Shown here: positions 20,132-29,738 of the stretch, in pieces | Position numbering within the stretch: the stretch's first letter is position 1 | Layout: each line of letters starts with the position of its first letter | Assembly: GCA_051745305.1 (NCBI GenBank) | Contig: JBNJDY010000001.1 | Span: 2,065 to 66,064 of the forward strand | Reading direction: 5' to 3' | DNA length: 64,000 nucleotides | Origin: Thermoplasmatota archaeon | GTDB lineage: Archaea; Thermoplasmatota; Thermoplasmata; Halarchaeoplasmatales; Halarchaeoplasmataceae | Translations under genes and position numbers: made by a program | Notes under the pieces: generated by a model | The model's database searches: none | Seen by the model: the letters and a program-made list of their open reading frames with translations, nothing else | Told to the model about the DNA's origin: nothing

Positions 20132-20893
20132 ATGACCGAAGATAATAAATTCGAAAAATTAAGAAAATTCAATGCATTTATGGCAGTGTTACACTTTATA
20201 CAGGGCGCCCTAATGTTATACTTAAGCACAGACTTTGCCATTTCGATCACTAGAACATATATGGCCGGACCTCCCGGTACGGATAGGATGGTAACTAGTA
20301 CTCTTTTTGACCTACAATTGGGACCAGCGGTGGCTGCTTTCCTGTTCATGTCTGCGATCGCCCATTTTGTAGTATCTACTATAGGCTTCGATTGGTATAA
20401 AAGAAATCTGAAAAATCATATCAATAAAGCGAGATGGGTTGAATACTCGTTCAGTAGTTCACTGATGATAGTCCTGATAGCTATGCTCGTAGGAATAACA
20501 AACATAGAATTCTTGGTAGTGATATTCATCGTTAACGCTTCCATGATACTATTTGGATGGCTTATGGAATCGTACAATCAAAACACGGAAAAAGTGGTAT
20601 GGACTCCGTTCATCTTTGGATGTATAGCTGGTATAGCTCCTTGGATAGCAATCGCAATACGTTTACTGACCGCCGTATCTGAGTCACCAGAACCTGTACC
20701 GAGTTTCGTTATCTGGATCTTCGTTTCGATCGCGATATTCTTCAACATCTTCGCCCTGAATCAACTTTTACAATACAAGAAGGTAGGTCCCTGGGCCGAT
20801 TACCTATATGGAGAAAGGATGTACATCATACTTAGTTTAGTAGCAAAGTCAGCTCTAGCATGGCAGGTTTTCGCAGGAACGTTAGCAGGGTAG
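20132..20893 (+). CDS. Heliorhodopsin (7-TM retinal protein)
   Basis: It is 253 aa with 7 TM helices. It carries the RWVEYSFSS counterion-Glu motif, the VNASMILFGW motif, the FGCIAGIAPW motif and a TM7 Lys in VAKSALAWQ, following heliorhodopsin signatures as I recall them. Confidence 0.8.
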   Translation: MTEDNKFEKLRKFNAFMAVLHFIQGALMLYLSTDFAISITRTYMAGPPGTDRMVTSTLFDLQLGPAVAAFLFMSAIAHFVVSTIGFDWYKRNLKNHINKARWVEYSFSSSLMIVLIAMLVGITNIEFLVVIFIVNASMILFGWLMESYNQNTEKVVWTPFIFGCIAGIAPWIAIAIRLLTAVSESPEPVPSFVIWIFVSIAIFFNIFALNQLLQYKKVGPWADYLYGERMYIILSLVAKSALAWQVFAGTLAG

Positions 20894-20939
20894 TTCAACA
20901 AGAAAACTGATTTAAGACAGTAATGTATCATCATAATTA

Positions 20940-22094
20940 GTGAAAACTTTGCTGATATGTACCAAATGTTCGAAAAGTAAACCTGAAACGGATACGGAAC
21001 AGCGATGCCAGTGCGGTGAACCGCTTGAGTTCGAATATCTGACGGGTGAAGTTTGTAAACCAGGTTCTGTATGGAATCGGTACAAAGAATTTTACGGATT
21101 CGATATGTCTGATTCTGGTTCTTTAGGTGAAGGTGATACATCTCTAACCCGGTTGAACAAACTTTCCTCTGAACTAGATATCGAGCTTTTTGCTAAGAAT
21201 GAAACGACCAATCCGACCTGGAGTTTCAAAGACAGGGGAACGTCCCTTGGAGTTCAACAAGCTGTCAAAAATGATTTCTCAAAGATTGGCACAGTTTCCA
21301 CAGGGAATATGGCGGTAAGTGTTGCTGCCTACGGAGCTAGATTCAATCTAGATACACACATATTGGTATCAAAAAATATCGATAAAGTCAAACTTTCTCA
21401 GATCGGAGTTTATGGTCCAAAGATATATCGAGTTGACGGGGACTACGGAAAACTGTATTTTACAAGTTTGGAAGTGGGTAGAAGTAAAGATATCTACTTC
21501 ATCAACTCTGATGATCCTTATAGAGTGGAGGGATACAAAACAATAGGATTCGAAATTGCTGAAGATATGATCCCCGATCACATATTGATACCCACTAGTT
21601 CGGGTGGATTGTTCAGAGGGATCGTGAAAAGTTTTATTGAGTTGAAAAAGAGTAGTATAATTCAACGACTTCCAAAATTTACAGCAGTCCAAGCTGAAGG
21701 CTGTTCACCGATCTACGATGCTTTCAATGAAGGGAAAAACAAAATATCTCACGTAGAAGAGAAAAATACTTTCGCCAAGGCCATAGCGAATCCATACCCA
21801 CCAAGCGGGAACGAGGTCTTAAGAAAATTAAAAGAAATAGATGGAAATTGTGTCGTAGTCAGCGACGGAGAGATTATGAGTTCGCAGAAAGAATTAGCTT
21901 CTGAAGGGATATTTGCTCAACCAGCAGCTTGTGTTGGGATAGCAGCAGTTAAAAAGTTGAAGGATCATGAAAACATTGAGGAAGGAGAGAAAGTGGTAAG
22001 CATAATTACAGGTTCGGGTCTCAAAGTTAGCAGTGGAGAGTTTAATGAACCACAGATCACAGATTTAAATATAGATGAATTAGAAACGATTTAA
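20940..22094 (+). CDS. Threonine-synthase family PLP enzyme with N-terminal zinc ribbon (ThrC or cysteate-synthase-like)
   Basis: It has the SFKDRG PLP-lysine motif, a C-terminal glycine-rich loop, and an N-terminal CTKC...CQCG motif. Confidence 0.75.
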   Translation: MKTLLICTKCSKSKPETDTEQRCQCGEPLEFEYLTGEVCKPGSVWNRYKEFYGFDMSDSGSLGEGDTSLTRLNKLSSELDIELFAKNETTNPTWSFKDRGTSLGVQQAVKNDFSKIGTVSTGNMAVSVAAYGARFNLDTHILVSKNIDKVKLSQIGVYGPKIYRVDGDYGKLYFTSLEVGRSKDIYFINSDDPYRVEGYKTIGFEIAEDMIPDHILIPTSSGGLFRGIVKSFIELKKSSIIQRLPKFTAVQAEGCSPIYDAFNEGKNKISHVEEKNTFAKAIANPYPPSGNEVLRKLKEIDGNCVVVSDGEIMSSQKELASEGIFAQPAACVGIAAVKKLKDHENIEEGEKVVSIITGSGLKVSSGEFNEPQITDLNIDELETI

Positions 22095-22525
22095 GTTAAA
22101 CTTTTATCAATTCTCTTCTTCATGACGATAGCGTCGTCATCGTTTTCATAGTACTCTTTTAACATGCCTTTGATTTTGAAACCCAATTTACTGTAAAACC
22201 GTAATGCAGCCCGATTATGTTCTCTCAGTGTAAGCATTACCACGTCGGTCTCTAACAATTCTATGGACTTTTCCATCAAAGCTTTACCTATTCCTTTCCG
22301 ACGATAACTACGTAAAACTGCGATAGAAACGATCAATCCTTCTTCACCCCTGATATCCGATATGATGTAGCCAACAACTTTTCCCTCGAGCTCTGCAACT
22401 AAAAATTTGTCACTATTTAAAAAGTAATAAAATATATTTTCACGGTACGGATATTCAAAACTTTTATTCTCGATCTTGATAACCGATGGGATGTCTTTTT
22501 TCTTACACTTTCTTATCGTAAACAC
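22091..22525 (-). CDS. GNAT N-acetyltransferase (RimI-like)
   Basis: It has the acetyl-CoA binding motif RRKGIGKALM and overlaps the upstream gene by 4 bp. Confidence 0.75.
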   Translation of the reverse strand: MFTIRKCKKKDIPSVIKIENKSFEYPYRENIFYYFLNSDKFLVAELEGKVVGYIISDIRGEEGLIVSIAVLRSYRRKGIGKALMEKSIELLETDVVMLTLREHNRAALRFYSKLGFKIKGMLKEYYENDDDAIVMKKRIDKSLT

Positions 22526-22581
22526 ATACCTCTATATGTCAAAAAGGATTAAGTATGTTTTGAGTCTTTTATCTAAAATAT

Positions 22582-23658
22582 ATGGAAGATGACCCCGATA
22601 TAAATTACGATTGGTCCATGGAGATGATGGCTAGGTACCCCTTCCTTGAAGATTCCAAGAGATACATCAAACATCAAGGGCCAAGTTTAAATGAACTCGT
22701 CGAGGACAGAGTCTGGGATATGGTGAGGATAAGAGGTAAAGAGAGGATCATGCAGGCCATCGAACATGGTGAGATAAACGAAGTACCTATGAGCGATGAC
22801 CTCGATATGGAGATGGAACTATTTTCGTACCCGATAGCTAGGATCTTAGTTTCTTGTGTCGACGATAACTATTTGACCAATCGTTATGCACTGGGCGAGT
22901 CTGAAAAATTTTTAAATATATTAAGTGAAGAACCATTAGAAAACACTATGAATATCGGAGAAGAATTAGGTATTGAAGGTGCTGCTGAAAATGACCAAAT
23001 CAAGGTTTATTTTATAGATTATCTGGAAAATACTGAACACCTAAAATCGACACAATGGAAACTTACTAATCAGGATCTAAGACATGGGTATATCTACCTT
23101 GATATCGATAAATACAGACGTCTTCTCAAGGAAAGCCTTTTCCAGAGGATCGTAAAAGAACTTCCTAGACCTGTCAATGATGAACTGTTGGATATATTTT
23201 CATCTCAGATCAAAGAGATCGAAAAATTCTTACAGGAAAAAAGGAAGGATTACGGGGAAGTTGAATTCGGTGAAGTGGATTCCGAAAAATTTCCGCCCTG
23301 TATCAAAAAGATGTTGGGATTACAGAAAGAGGGAGTCAATCTATCACATGAAGCTAGGTTCGCTATGACTTCTTTCCTTCACAACATAGGTTTGTCAGTC
23401 GATGAAATACTTTCACTTTTCAGTGAATCGCCTGATTTCAGAGAAGACTTAGCATTATACCAGATCGAGCATATAACAGGTGAGATCTCTGGCACTGAAT
23501 ATACTATGCCTAGCTGCAGTACTATGAGGACCAACGGTATCTGTTTCGAACCTGATGATCTATGTAGTGCAGAATGGATGAAACATCCATTAACGTATTA
23601 CGCATACAAAAAGAAAAAAGACTTTAAAAAACAGAATAAAACTGATGATGAAGAATGA
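22582..23658 (+). CDS. priL: DNA primase large subunit
   Basis: It carries the FPPCIKKM (PPCM-type) motif and C-terminal Fe-S cysteines (PSCSTM...ICFEPDDLC). Confidence 0.7.
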   Translation: MEDDPDINYDWSMEMMARYPFLEDSKRYIKHQGPSLNELVEDRVWDMVRIRGKERIMQAIEHGEINEVPMSDDLDMEMELFSYPIARILVSCVDDNYLTNRYALGESEKFLNILSEEPLENTMNIGEELGIEGAAENDQIKVYFIDYLENTEHLKSTQWKLTNQDLRHGYIYLDIDKYRRLLKESLFQRIVKELPRPVNDELLDIFSSQIKEIEKFLQEKRKDYGEVEFGEVDSEKFPPCIKKMLGLQKEGVNLSHEARFAMTSFLHNIGLSVDEILSLFSESPDFREDLALYQIEHITGEISGTEYTMPSCSTMRTNGICFEPDDLCSAEWMKHPLTYYAYKKKKDFKKQNKTDDEE

Positions 23659-24282
23659 TCATTCAAGGTCTTTCCATGTTTTTAAACCCCTTATTACGGC
23701 CGTTATATTTCCAGCTACTGCGAACCACAGCATCAATATATCGAATATTCCTAGTTCGTAGTTTGAGATTATGAAACTAGATGTGTAAAAGCTTTCCAGT
23801 ACAACGTAAATTAGGGGTATCAAGATCAATAGAACAAGTCGATCTGCCCTTCCAGCGACACCTCCGTAATCTCTACCCACCCCGACTGCCTGTGCCTGGG
23901 TTCCCATATAACTGGTCATCAAAACACCTATCATAGCCAGTAATCCGATAGGCATACTGCACAATGGTCCTAAAGTGATCCCACCTAAAATGAATATGTC
24001 GGCGTATCTATCGATGGCATGATCTAAAAAATCTCCCTTCACAGAAGCCTTTCCAGTAAGTTTAGCCACTCTACCATCCATGGCGTCGAAAAAGGAATTT
24101 GATAAAACGAAGATTGCACCAAGTAACACAAATAAGGTATCACCAAAGTAAAATGAAACCCCAGCTAATATGGCAAATACCATCGAGAATGCAGAAAGAA
24201 GGTTCGGTTCTATTCCCGACATCTTTTCAGCTATCGGTTTGACTATGGAATCTGCCTCTTTCCGATAACTGTTCAATACCAT
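23659..24282 (-). CDS. CDP-alcohol phosphatidyltransferase (archaeal lipid head-group synthase)
   Basis: It is polytopic with the DAMDGRVAKLTGKASVKGDFLDHAIDRYAD signature. Confidence 0.8.
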   Translation of the reverse strand: MVLNSYRKEADSIVKPIAEKMSGIEPNLLSAFSMVFAILAGVSFYFGDTLFVLLGAIFVLSNSFFDAMDGRVAKLTGKASVKGDFLDHAIDRYADIFILGGITLGPLCSMPIGLLAMIGVLMTSYMGTQAQAVGVGRDYGGVAGRADRLVLLILIPLIYVVLESFYTSSFIISNYELGIFDILMLWFAVAGNITAVIRGLKTWKDLE

Positions 24283-24336
24283 GGTAAAGGATAATGGACT
24301 TTTTTATTAATATTATCGGTTGATGATGCTAGTTTT

Positions 24337-24858
24337 CTAAAATTCGTCGGACCAATCTACCTGACCGATGGAATAATTATCAACCTTGTTATTCATTATC
24401 TTGATCACTGCATTGCTGACTTCTTCTGGATCCATTTCTGATGTATCTATTTCATAAACTTCTTCCGTATATTCAAGCGATTCTATTAGTACCACATCTA
24501 AAATTTCTGCCTGGATATTCTCTTCTATCTTTCTCTGTGGCCAATCTTTAGAGGCCATCCTTTTCCTGAGTTCTTTTGGAGAACATCTAAGGACGATTAT
24601 AGGTGATAAATCGAGATGATGGGATAGATGACCTTCGACGATATCGTTAACTGATGTTTTAGAGATGTGGTTTCTTATGTGATTTCTTAATTCAGATATG
24701 TCAACCTCGTCTGATTGACGGATTTCATCTCTTTCCCCCCTCAATCCTTTTTCATCTATGAACGCGTTTAGATCGAGTACTTTGTAACCCTCTTCTTTCA
24801 GACATTCAGCTACGGTTGTTTTACCGACCCCTGGAGTACCAGTAAGAGCAGTAGTCAT
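24337..24858 (-). CDS. Fap7/adenylate-kinase-6-like NMP kinase
   Basis: It has the P-loop GTPGVGKTT and is the short (173 aa) archaeal kinase type. Confidence 0.7.
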   Translation of the reverse strand: MTTALTGTPGVGKTTVAECLKEEGYKVLDLNAFIDEKGLRGERDEIRQSDEVDISELRNHIRNHISKTSVNDIVEGHLSHHLDLSPIIVLRCSPKELRKRMASKDWPQRKIEENIQAEILDVVLIESLEYTEEVYEIDTSEMDPEEVSNAVIKIMNNKVDNYSIGQVDWSDEF

Positions 24859-24965
24859 GATTTATTATGAGTAATTCATGTTATAATAGTTTACTCATTC
24901 ACTTTTATATTACCCCCCCTCTCTAGAACAAATATATATGTGATGTGCATAATTTATAGAAGACG

Positions 24966-26207
24966 ATGAACGGTGACTTATTGGATAAAGAAGGGATCAA
25001 AAATGTGTACACTGTTAGAGATCTTAATGTTTACGTTAAATCGCTTCTAAGAAGAGACGAACACATCCAAAACATATGGGTTAGAGGAGAGATATCCAAT
25101 TTCACCCATTACAATGATAGGCATATGTATTTTGAATTAAAAGATGAGCACAGCATTATCAAATGTGCCATGTTCAGAGCCAGCAATAAAGGATTAGATT
25201 TTAAACCAGAGGATGGGATGGAAGTTCTCTGCAGAGGAGATGTTGGATTATACATCCCTAACGGTAAGTATCAGTTGATCGTCAATGAAATGCTGCCAGA
25301 AGGAAAAGGAAAGTTGTACTTGGCATACGAAAAGCTGAAGAAAAAGTTGGCTGAAGAAGGACTTTTCGATGATAAATATAAGAAAGCGATCCCAAGAGTT
25401 CCTGAAAAAATAGGCGTGGTAACTTCAGAGGAAGCCGATGCCCTTAGAGATATAGTCACAGTTACAAAACGTAGATTCCCAAATATGGATATCATATTAT
25501 CTCCTACACCCGTTCAAGGTAAGGGAGCTGCACCGAAAATAGTCGCAGCGATAAAAAGGTTAGATGAAGAAAATGTAGATGTGATCATAGTAAGTCGGGG
25601 TGGAGGATCATTTGAAGATCTATGGAATTTCAACGAAGAGGTGGTTGCAAGGGCCATATTCAATACTCAGACGCCTGTAATATCTGCTGTTGGTCATGAA
25701 ACTGATCTACTGATCTCTGACCTGGTTGCGGATTTTCGTGCACCGACGCCATCAGCAGCGGCGGAGATGGTTGTACCTGAAAAAGATGAATTGCTTTTAA
25801 AATTAAATGATTTATTAAATAGGGCGGGTAATGCATTGTTGAATATCGTTGAGATCAATGAAAGAAATCTACAGAATCTAGTCAAGCGTCCTATATTCCA
25901 AAGTCCAGAGTTATTGACAGAAGAACCAACACAGCGAGTAGATGAATTGAAGATAAAGATCCAGAAGAATATTGAATTGTTTCTAAAACAGAAAGACCAA
26001 GATTTTAAAGGGAAAGTTGAGAGATTGAAGGCATTGAGTCCAGAGTCGACTATGAAAAGAGGGTACTCAGTGATTTTGACCGGGGAAGACGAACTGATCA
26101 AAAGTATTGAAGAAATCGAAGTGGGTGATGAATTAAAGGTCATGATGATTGACGGTAAAATTAAAGCTATCACAGAGGAGGTGATAAAATCGAAGAAGAA
26201 GGAATAG
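24966..26207 (+). CDS. xseA: Exodeoxyribonuclease VII large subunit
   Basis: It has an N-terminal OB-fold ([11 protein letters not shown]...HMYFELKDE) and a catalytic core. Confidence 0.85.
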   Translation: MNGDLLDKEGIKNVYTVRDLNVYVKSLLRRDEHIQNIWVRGEISNFTHYNDRHMYFELKDEHSIIKCAMFRASNKGLDFKPEDGMEVLCRGDVGLYIPNGKYQLIVNEMLPEGKGKLYLAYEKLKKKLAEEGLFDDKYKKAIPRVPEKIGVVTSEEADALRDIVTVTKRRFPNMDIILSPTPVQGKGAAPKIVAAIKRLDEENVDVIIVSRGGGSFEDLWNFNEEVVARAIFNTQTPVISAVGHETDLLISDLVADFRAPTPSAAAEMVVPEKDELLLKLNDLLNRAGNALLNIVEINERNLQNLVKRPIFQSPELLTEEPTQRVDELKIKIQKNIELFLKQKDQDFKGKVERLKALSPESTMKRGYSVILTGEDELIKSIEEIEVGDELKVMMIDGKIKAITEEVIKSKKKE

Positions 26208-26212
26208 ATGAC

Positions 26213-26425
26213 ATGCAGTTCGAAGATGCATTGGAAGAGTTGGAGCGTATTAACGAAAAGCTTGAAAGGAACCAGGTATCGTTGGAAGATGCTCTTCAAC
26301 TGTATGAAAGAGGAATGGAATTGATCAAACACTGCGAAAAGAGACTAGATAAAGCTAAAGGAGAGATCAAAAAACTTACTGGAGACAACGGATATAATAA
26401 AATAGAAGACCTAGATATCAAATAG
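26213..26425 (+). CDS. xseB: Exodeoxyribonuclease VII small subunit
   Basis: This 70 aa helical protein (FEDALEELE...[11 protein letters not shown]) lies immediately downstream of xseA. Confidence 0.8.
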   Translation: MQFEDALEELERINEKLERNQVSLEDALQLYERGMELIKHCEKRLDKAKGEIKKLTGDNGYNKIEDLDIK

Positions 26426-26479
26426 TGTACGATTGTACATATAAACAAAAATTTTATCTACATTAGGTTACATGGGAAC

Positions 26480-27097
26480 ATGGAATCTATGGGGCAAAAA
26501 GTAGAAACTGTTAAAGAGATTGACCGAATCAAAATATCCTTGGAGGAGACCAGGGAGAAGATTCTAGCTTTGCTTAGAGTTAACAACATGTCGATCTCTC
26601 AGATCGCGGAAGTTTTGAATAAGGACCAATCTACAATAAACAGACACATAAAGAAACTGGAAAATGCTGGTTTTGTAGAAGTGGTCGGGGAGAGAAAAGA
26701 ACACCATATTCCAGAAAGGATATATGGAAGGGCTGCAGATACCTTTTTAATTAACCCTGATGTTCAAAGTACAAAGAAATTAGCTTCTCTAATGATCAAA
26801 TGGAACCTGGGTTACAATATAGATACCTTGGAAAAACTCGATATGGTAGGATACAGCGAGGGAATCTCTGAAAACACTCTGATAAACATTTATGATTTTA
26901 TAGAAAGTATGAACCAACATTTATCCACAAAAGTGGATGAATTAGAAAGAGAAGTAATGGATATGAACTATCGTGAATTGATCAAACTAAAACTTCTACT
27001 GTACCTTATTGAAATAAATAATGATAAAGATTTAGAAAATTATTTTTCTAAGGTTTTTTCAGATTTCAAAGGTATTATTAATTGGGAAGATGAGTAG
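26480..27097 (+). CDS. ArsR-like wHTH regulator with C-terminal domain of unknown function (paralog 1 of 3)
   Basis: It has the wHTH MSISQIAEVLNKDQSTINRHIKKLENAGFVE and no metal-binding ELCVCD-type motif. Confidence 0.6.
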   Translation: MESMGQKVETVKEIDRIKISLEETREKILALLRVNNMSISQIAEVLNKDQSTINRHIKKLENAGFVEVVGERKEHHIPERIYGRAADTFLINPDVQSTKKLASLMIKWNLGYNIDTLEKLDMVGYSEGISENTLINIYDFIESMNQHLSTKVDELEREVMDMNYRELIKLKLLLYLIEINNDKDLENYFSKVFSDFKGIINWEDE

Positions 27098-27144
27098 TAA
27101 TTCATCAGAAATTTTATTTACTTAACTTACTTATTTGATTTTAT

Positions 27145-27732
27145 ATGAAGGAAGATGTAGAACTTGTACATGACTCTGAGAGGATAAAGATTCTCCTCGA
27201 AGATACTAGAAAAAACATTTTGAATCTTCTAAAGGTAGAAGATATGTCGATCTCTCAGTTAGCTGAAGGATTGGACAAAGACCGTTCTACAATATATAGA
27301 CATGTTAAAAAATTAGAGGATTATGGGTATGTTGAGTTGAAAGGAGAAAGGATCGTGAATAATGTGCCAGGGATGGTTTACGGACGAACGGCTGTGTTAT
27401 TTTTACCTTGCCCAAAATCAATGGAACCTGGAGATCCTATACTTGAAAGTTTTTCGTGGGATGAAGAAAGTACATATAATATACTAGATTGTTTAAAATT
27501 ATTGGGTTATGATTTTGATTTAACTGAAGATTTAGCTAGGGATATCAGTAATATATTTACTAAAATTGATAACAATATAATCGATATCTTTAGAGAAACA
27601 GATTTAGTAGAAATGGATCACCTGGAAGCTTTAAGGCTTAAATTTTTAATTATTTTGATAGAATTCTCCAATAACGAAAAACTAAGAGATGATATCGAAA
27701 GCGTGATATCTGGTTTCGAAATACCTGAATAA
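27145..27732 (+). CDS. ArsR-like wHTH regulator (paralog 2 of 3)
   Basis: It has the wHTH MSISQLAEGLDKDRSTIYRHVKKLEDYGYVE and is collinear with its two neighbours. Confidence 0.6.
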   Translation: MKEDVELVHDSERIKILLEDTRKNILNLLKVEDMSISQLAEGLDKDRSTIYRHVKKLEDYGYVELKGERIVNNVPGMVYGRTAVLFLPCPKSMEPGDPILESFSWDEESTYNILDCLKLLGYDFDLTEDLARDISNIFTKIDNNIIDIFRETDLVEMDHLEALRLKFLIILIEFSNNEKLRDDIESVISGFEIPE

Positions 27733-27786
27733 TTTTATGATATACCAAAAACTTAATTATTATGTAAACTTCAATGGGAATTAGTC

Positions 27787-28374
27787 ATGAAAAAAGACGT
27801 TAAAGTTGTTCGAGACCCAAAAGCTATCAAGATAGCTGTGGAAGATACAAGAAGTAATATCCTTTCTTTATTGAGGATAAATGATATGTCGATTTCGCAG
27901 CTAGCTGAATCATTGGATAAGGATCAGTCTACGATATACAGGCATATCAAAAAATTAGAAGAGTATGGATACCTCGAACCATCCGGTGAAAAGAAAACAC
28001 ATCACATCCCTGAAAAAATATACGGGAGGACTGCAGGCGTGTTTTTACTATGTCCGAGTAACATAGATACCGGCCAGCCTTCAGATATGATGGTGGAATG
28101 GGAACGAAATAAAGCTGAAAGGATTTTAGAACTGCTAGATGTCATGGGTTACGAATCTGAAGACGGTGAAGAACTAGTCGACGATATCTCGGAGATATTT
28201 ATCGATTTGAAAGAACGTGTTACCAATCCAATCGAAAAATCTGAAGACGAGATCGGTAAGATCAGTTTTGCGACTCTCTTAAGACTTGAACTATTACTAT
28301 TCCTTTTGGAACAGCGGAATGATGAAGAACTAAAAAACAAAGTTGATTCCGTGCTCGATAAGTTTGTACAATAA
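27787..28374 (+). CDS. ArsR-like wHTH regulator (paralog 3 of 3)
   Basis: It has the wHTH MSISQLAESLDKDQSTIYRHIKKLEEYGYLE. Confidence 0.6.
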   Translation: MKKDVKVVRDPKAIKIAVEDTRSNILSLLRINDMSISQLAESLDKDQSTIYRHIKKLEEYGYLEPSGEKKTHHIPEKIYGRTAGVFLLCPSNIDTGQPSDMMVEWERNKAERILELLDVMGYESEDGEELVDDISEIFIDLKERVTNPIEKSEDEIGKISFATLLRLELLLFLLEQRNDEELKNKVDSVLDKFVQ

Positions 28375-28379
28375 ACGAA

Positions 28380-28405
28380 AGGAAAAATAATATATCTGAC
28401 CTTTT
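28380..28405 (+). promoter_or_regulatory. Putative TATA/BRE promoter of tRNA-His
   Basis: The A/T-rich box aaaaataatatat lies about 35-45 bp upstream of the tRNA 5' end. Confidence 0.3.
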
Positions 28406-28433
28406 TCTACTCCAACATAGATTAAAACATAAT

Positions 28434-28536
28434 GGCCGTGGTGGTGTAGCTATTCGAATGGCTCTACACTCGAACTACAATGGCAGCATGTGGGACTGTG
28501 GATCCCCTGGCCCGGGTTCAAATCCCGGTCACGGCC
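28434..28536 (+). tRNA. tRNA-His (anticodon GTG) with encoded G-1 and about 29 nt of intervening sequence
   Basis: The 7-bp acceptor stem GCCGTGG/TCACGGC is preceded by an extra G that pairs with discriminator C. The anticodon loop is CTGTGGA on an xGGGA/TCCCC stem. The T-arm is CCGGG-TTCAAAT-CCCGG. Total length is 103 nt, against about 74 expected. Confidence 0.7.
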
Positions 28537-28613
28537 CTCTAAATTTCTAAAATATCTATACAAATCAGACAACTGATTATAATATACAAAAAAGTAATTC
28601 ATTCTAAAAATAT

Positions 28614-29738
28614 TCACATCTCAGATGTGTCAATATTCCATATAATATAAAGCGGTTCGCTTTTCATTCCAGTTACCAGTGAAAATCTTCCATTTAGGAT
28701 GATTTCATCTCCATCTTTAGTTACCGCCTTAAGATCTAGATTTTTTTCTTTGATCTTACCTTCGAAGATTAGATTTATTATTTGATCGAATTTTTCTTCA
28801 TCCTTATCTAGAAGTAAGTCCCTGCAATCGGTATCTAATATTTCGAAATCATGGTAGCCCAATAATTGACAAAAATTTTCATTAACGTCTATGAATTCTC
28901 CCTTTTTGTTTATCAAATTTACAGCATCGTAAGATCTATCAAATAATCCTCGAAAAGCCTCCTGACTTTCTATCAAATTTTCATATCTTTTTCGCTGTTC
29001 AGTAATGTCAATAAGCGAAATAACGCTCTTCTTGATCTCAGGAATGACTCCTAGCTGGATTATCATATCTCTAATTTCGCCAAACCTATTTACAAAATTA
29101 ACATCGAGATTATTAAAATTATTTTCAGAATCGGTTTTTATATTTTCACGAAGTTTCAATATCTTATCTAAATCAGAAGGGGAAAAAAATTTATCTAATG
29201 CCATATTATTTTCAAGTCTCTCTTTTGAATATCCTGTTAGTTGCTCAAATTCCTCGTTCACTATGTAGAATGTGTTATCTTCCTCCATCATGGCCATGGC
29301 AGTTCCCGTATTTTCAAAAATCCCTCTGTACTTCTTTTCACTCTCCACTAGCTTTCTTTCCATCTCATGTTTATAGAATGCCATCTGGATATTGCTGTGC
29401 AGTTCTCTCTTACGGTACGGTTTAAGGATGTATCCAAAGGGTTCGGTCACTTTAGCTCTTTCCAACCTTTTGTCATCTGCATATGCTGTGATATATATGA
29501 GTGGAATACCTAATTCAGACTTGATCTTATCTGCGGCTTCGATACCATCCATTTCACCCTTCAATACAATATCCATCAAGACCAAACCAGGTTCTAATTC
29601 TCTTGATCTCTCGATAGCCTCTTCTCCACTATTTACTATATCAACAACAGTGTATCCGATATCCTCAAGAGTTTGTTTGATATCCTCGGCTACAAGCCTT
29701 TCATCCTCCACTATCAATATATCTTTTTCATGCATCAA
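28614..29738 (-). CDS. Response regulator with a receiver domain and two PAS domains, and no DNA-binding output
   Basis: It has an N-terminal REC domain (ILIVEDE...LMDIVL...K) followed by PAS-like repeats. Its start overlaps the end of the kinase gene by 4 bp. Confidence 0.75.
   Translation of the reverse strand: MMHEKDILIVEDERLVAEDIKQTLEDIGYTVVDIVNSGEEAIERSRELEPGLVLMDIVLKGEMDGIEAADKIKSELGIPLIYITAYADDKRLERAKVTEPFGYILKPYRKRELHSNIQMAFYKHEMERKLVESEKKYRGIFENTGTAMAMMEEDNTFYIVNEEFEQLTGYSKERLENNMALDKFFSPSDLDKILKLRENIKTDSENNFNNLDVNFVNRFGEIRDMIIQLGVIPEIKKSVISLIDITEQRKRYENLIESQEAFRGLFDRSYDAVNLINKKGEFIDVNENFCQLLGYHDFEILDTDCRDLLLDKDEEKFDQIINLIFEGKIKEKNLDLKAVTKDGDEIILNGRFSLVTGMKSEPLYIIWNIDTSEM

Noticed and set aside
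20059-20349. 96-aa minus-strand ORF overlapping the heliorhodopsin start
   Set aside because: It overlaps a well-supported gene and the promoter region, and its translation is low-complexity. It is probably not coding.
28375-28613. tRNA gene as a possible integration site for a mobile island
   Set aside because: There is no integrase, transposase or direct repeat of the tRNA 3' end in the flanks. The downstream genes are a conventional two-component system.
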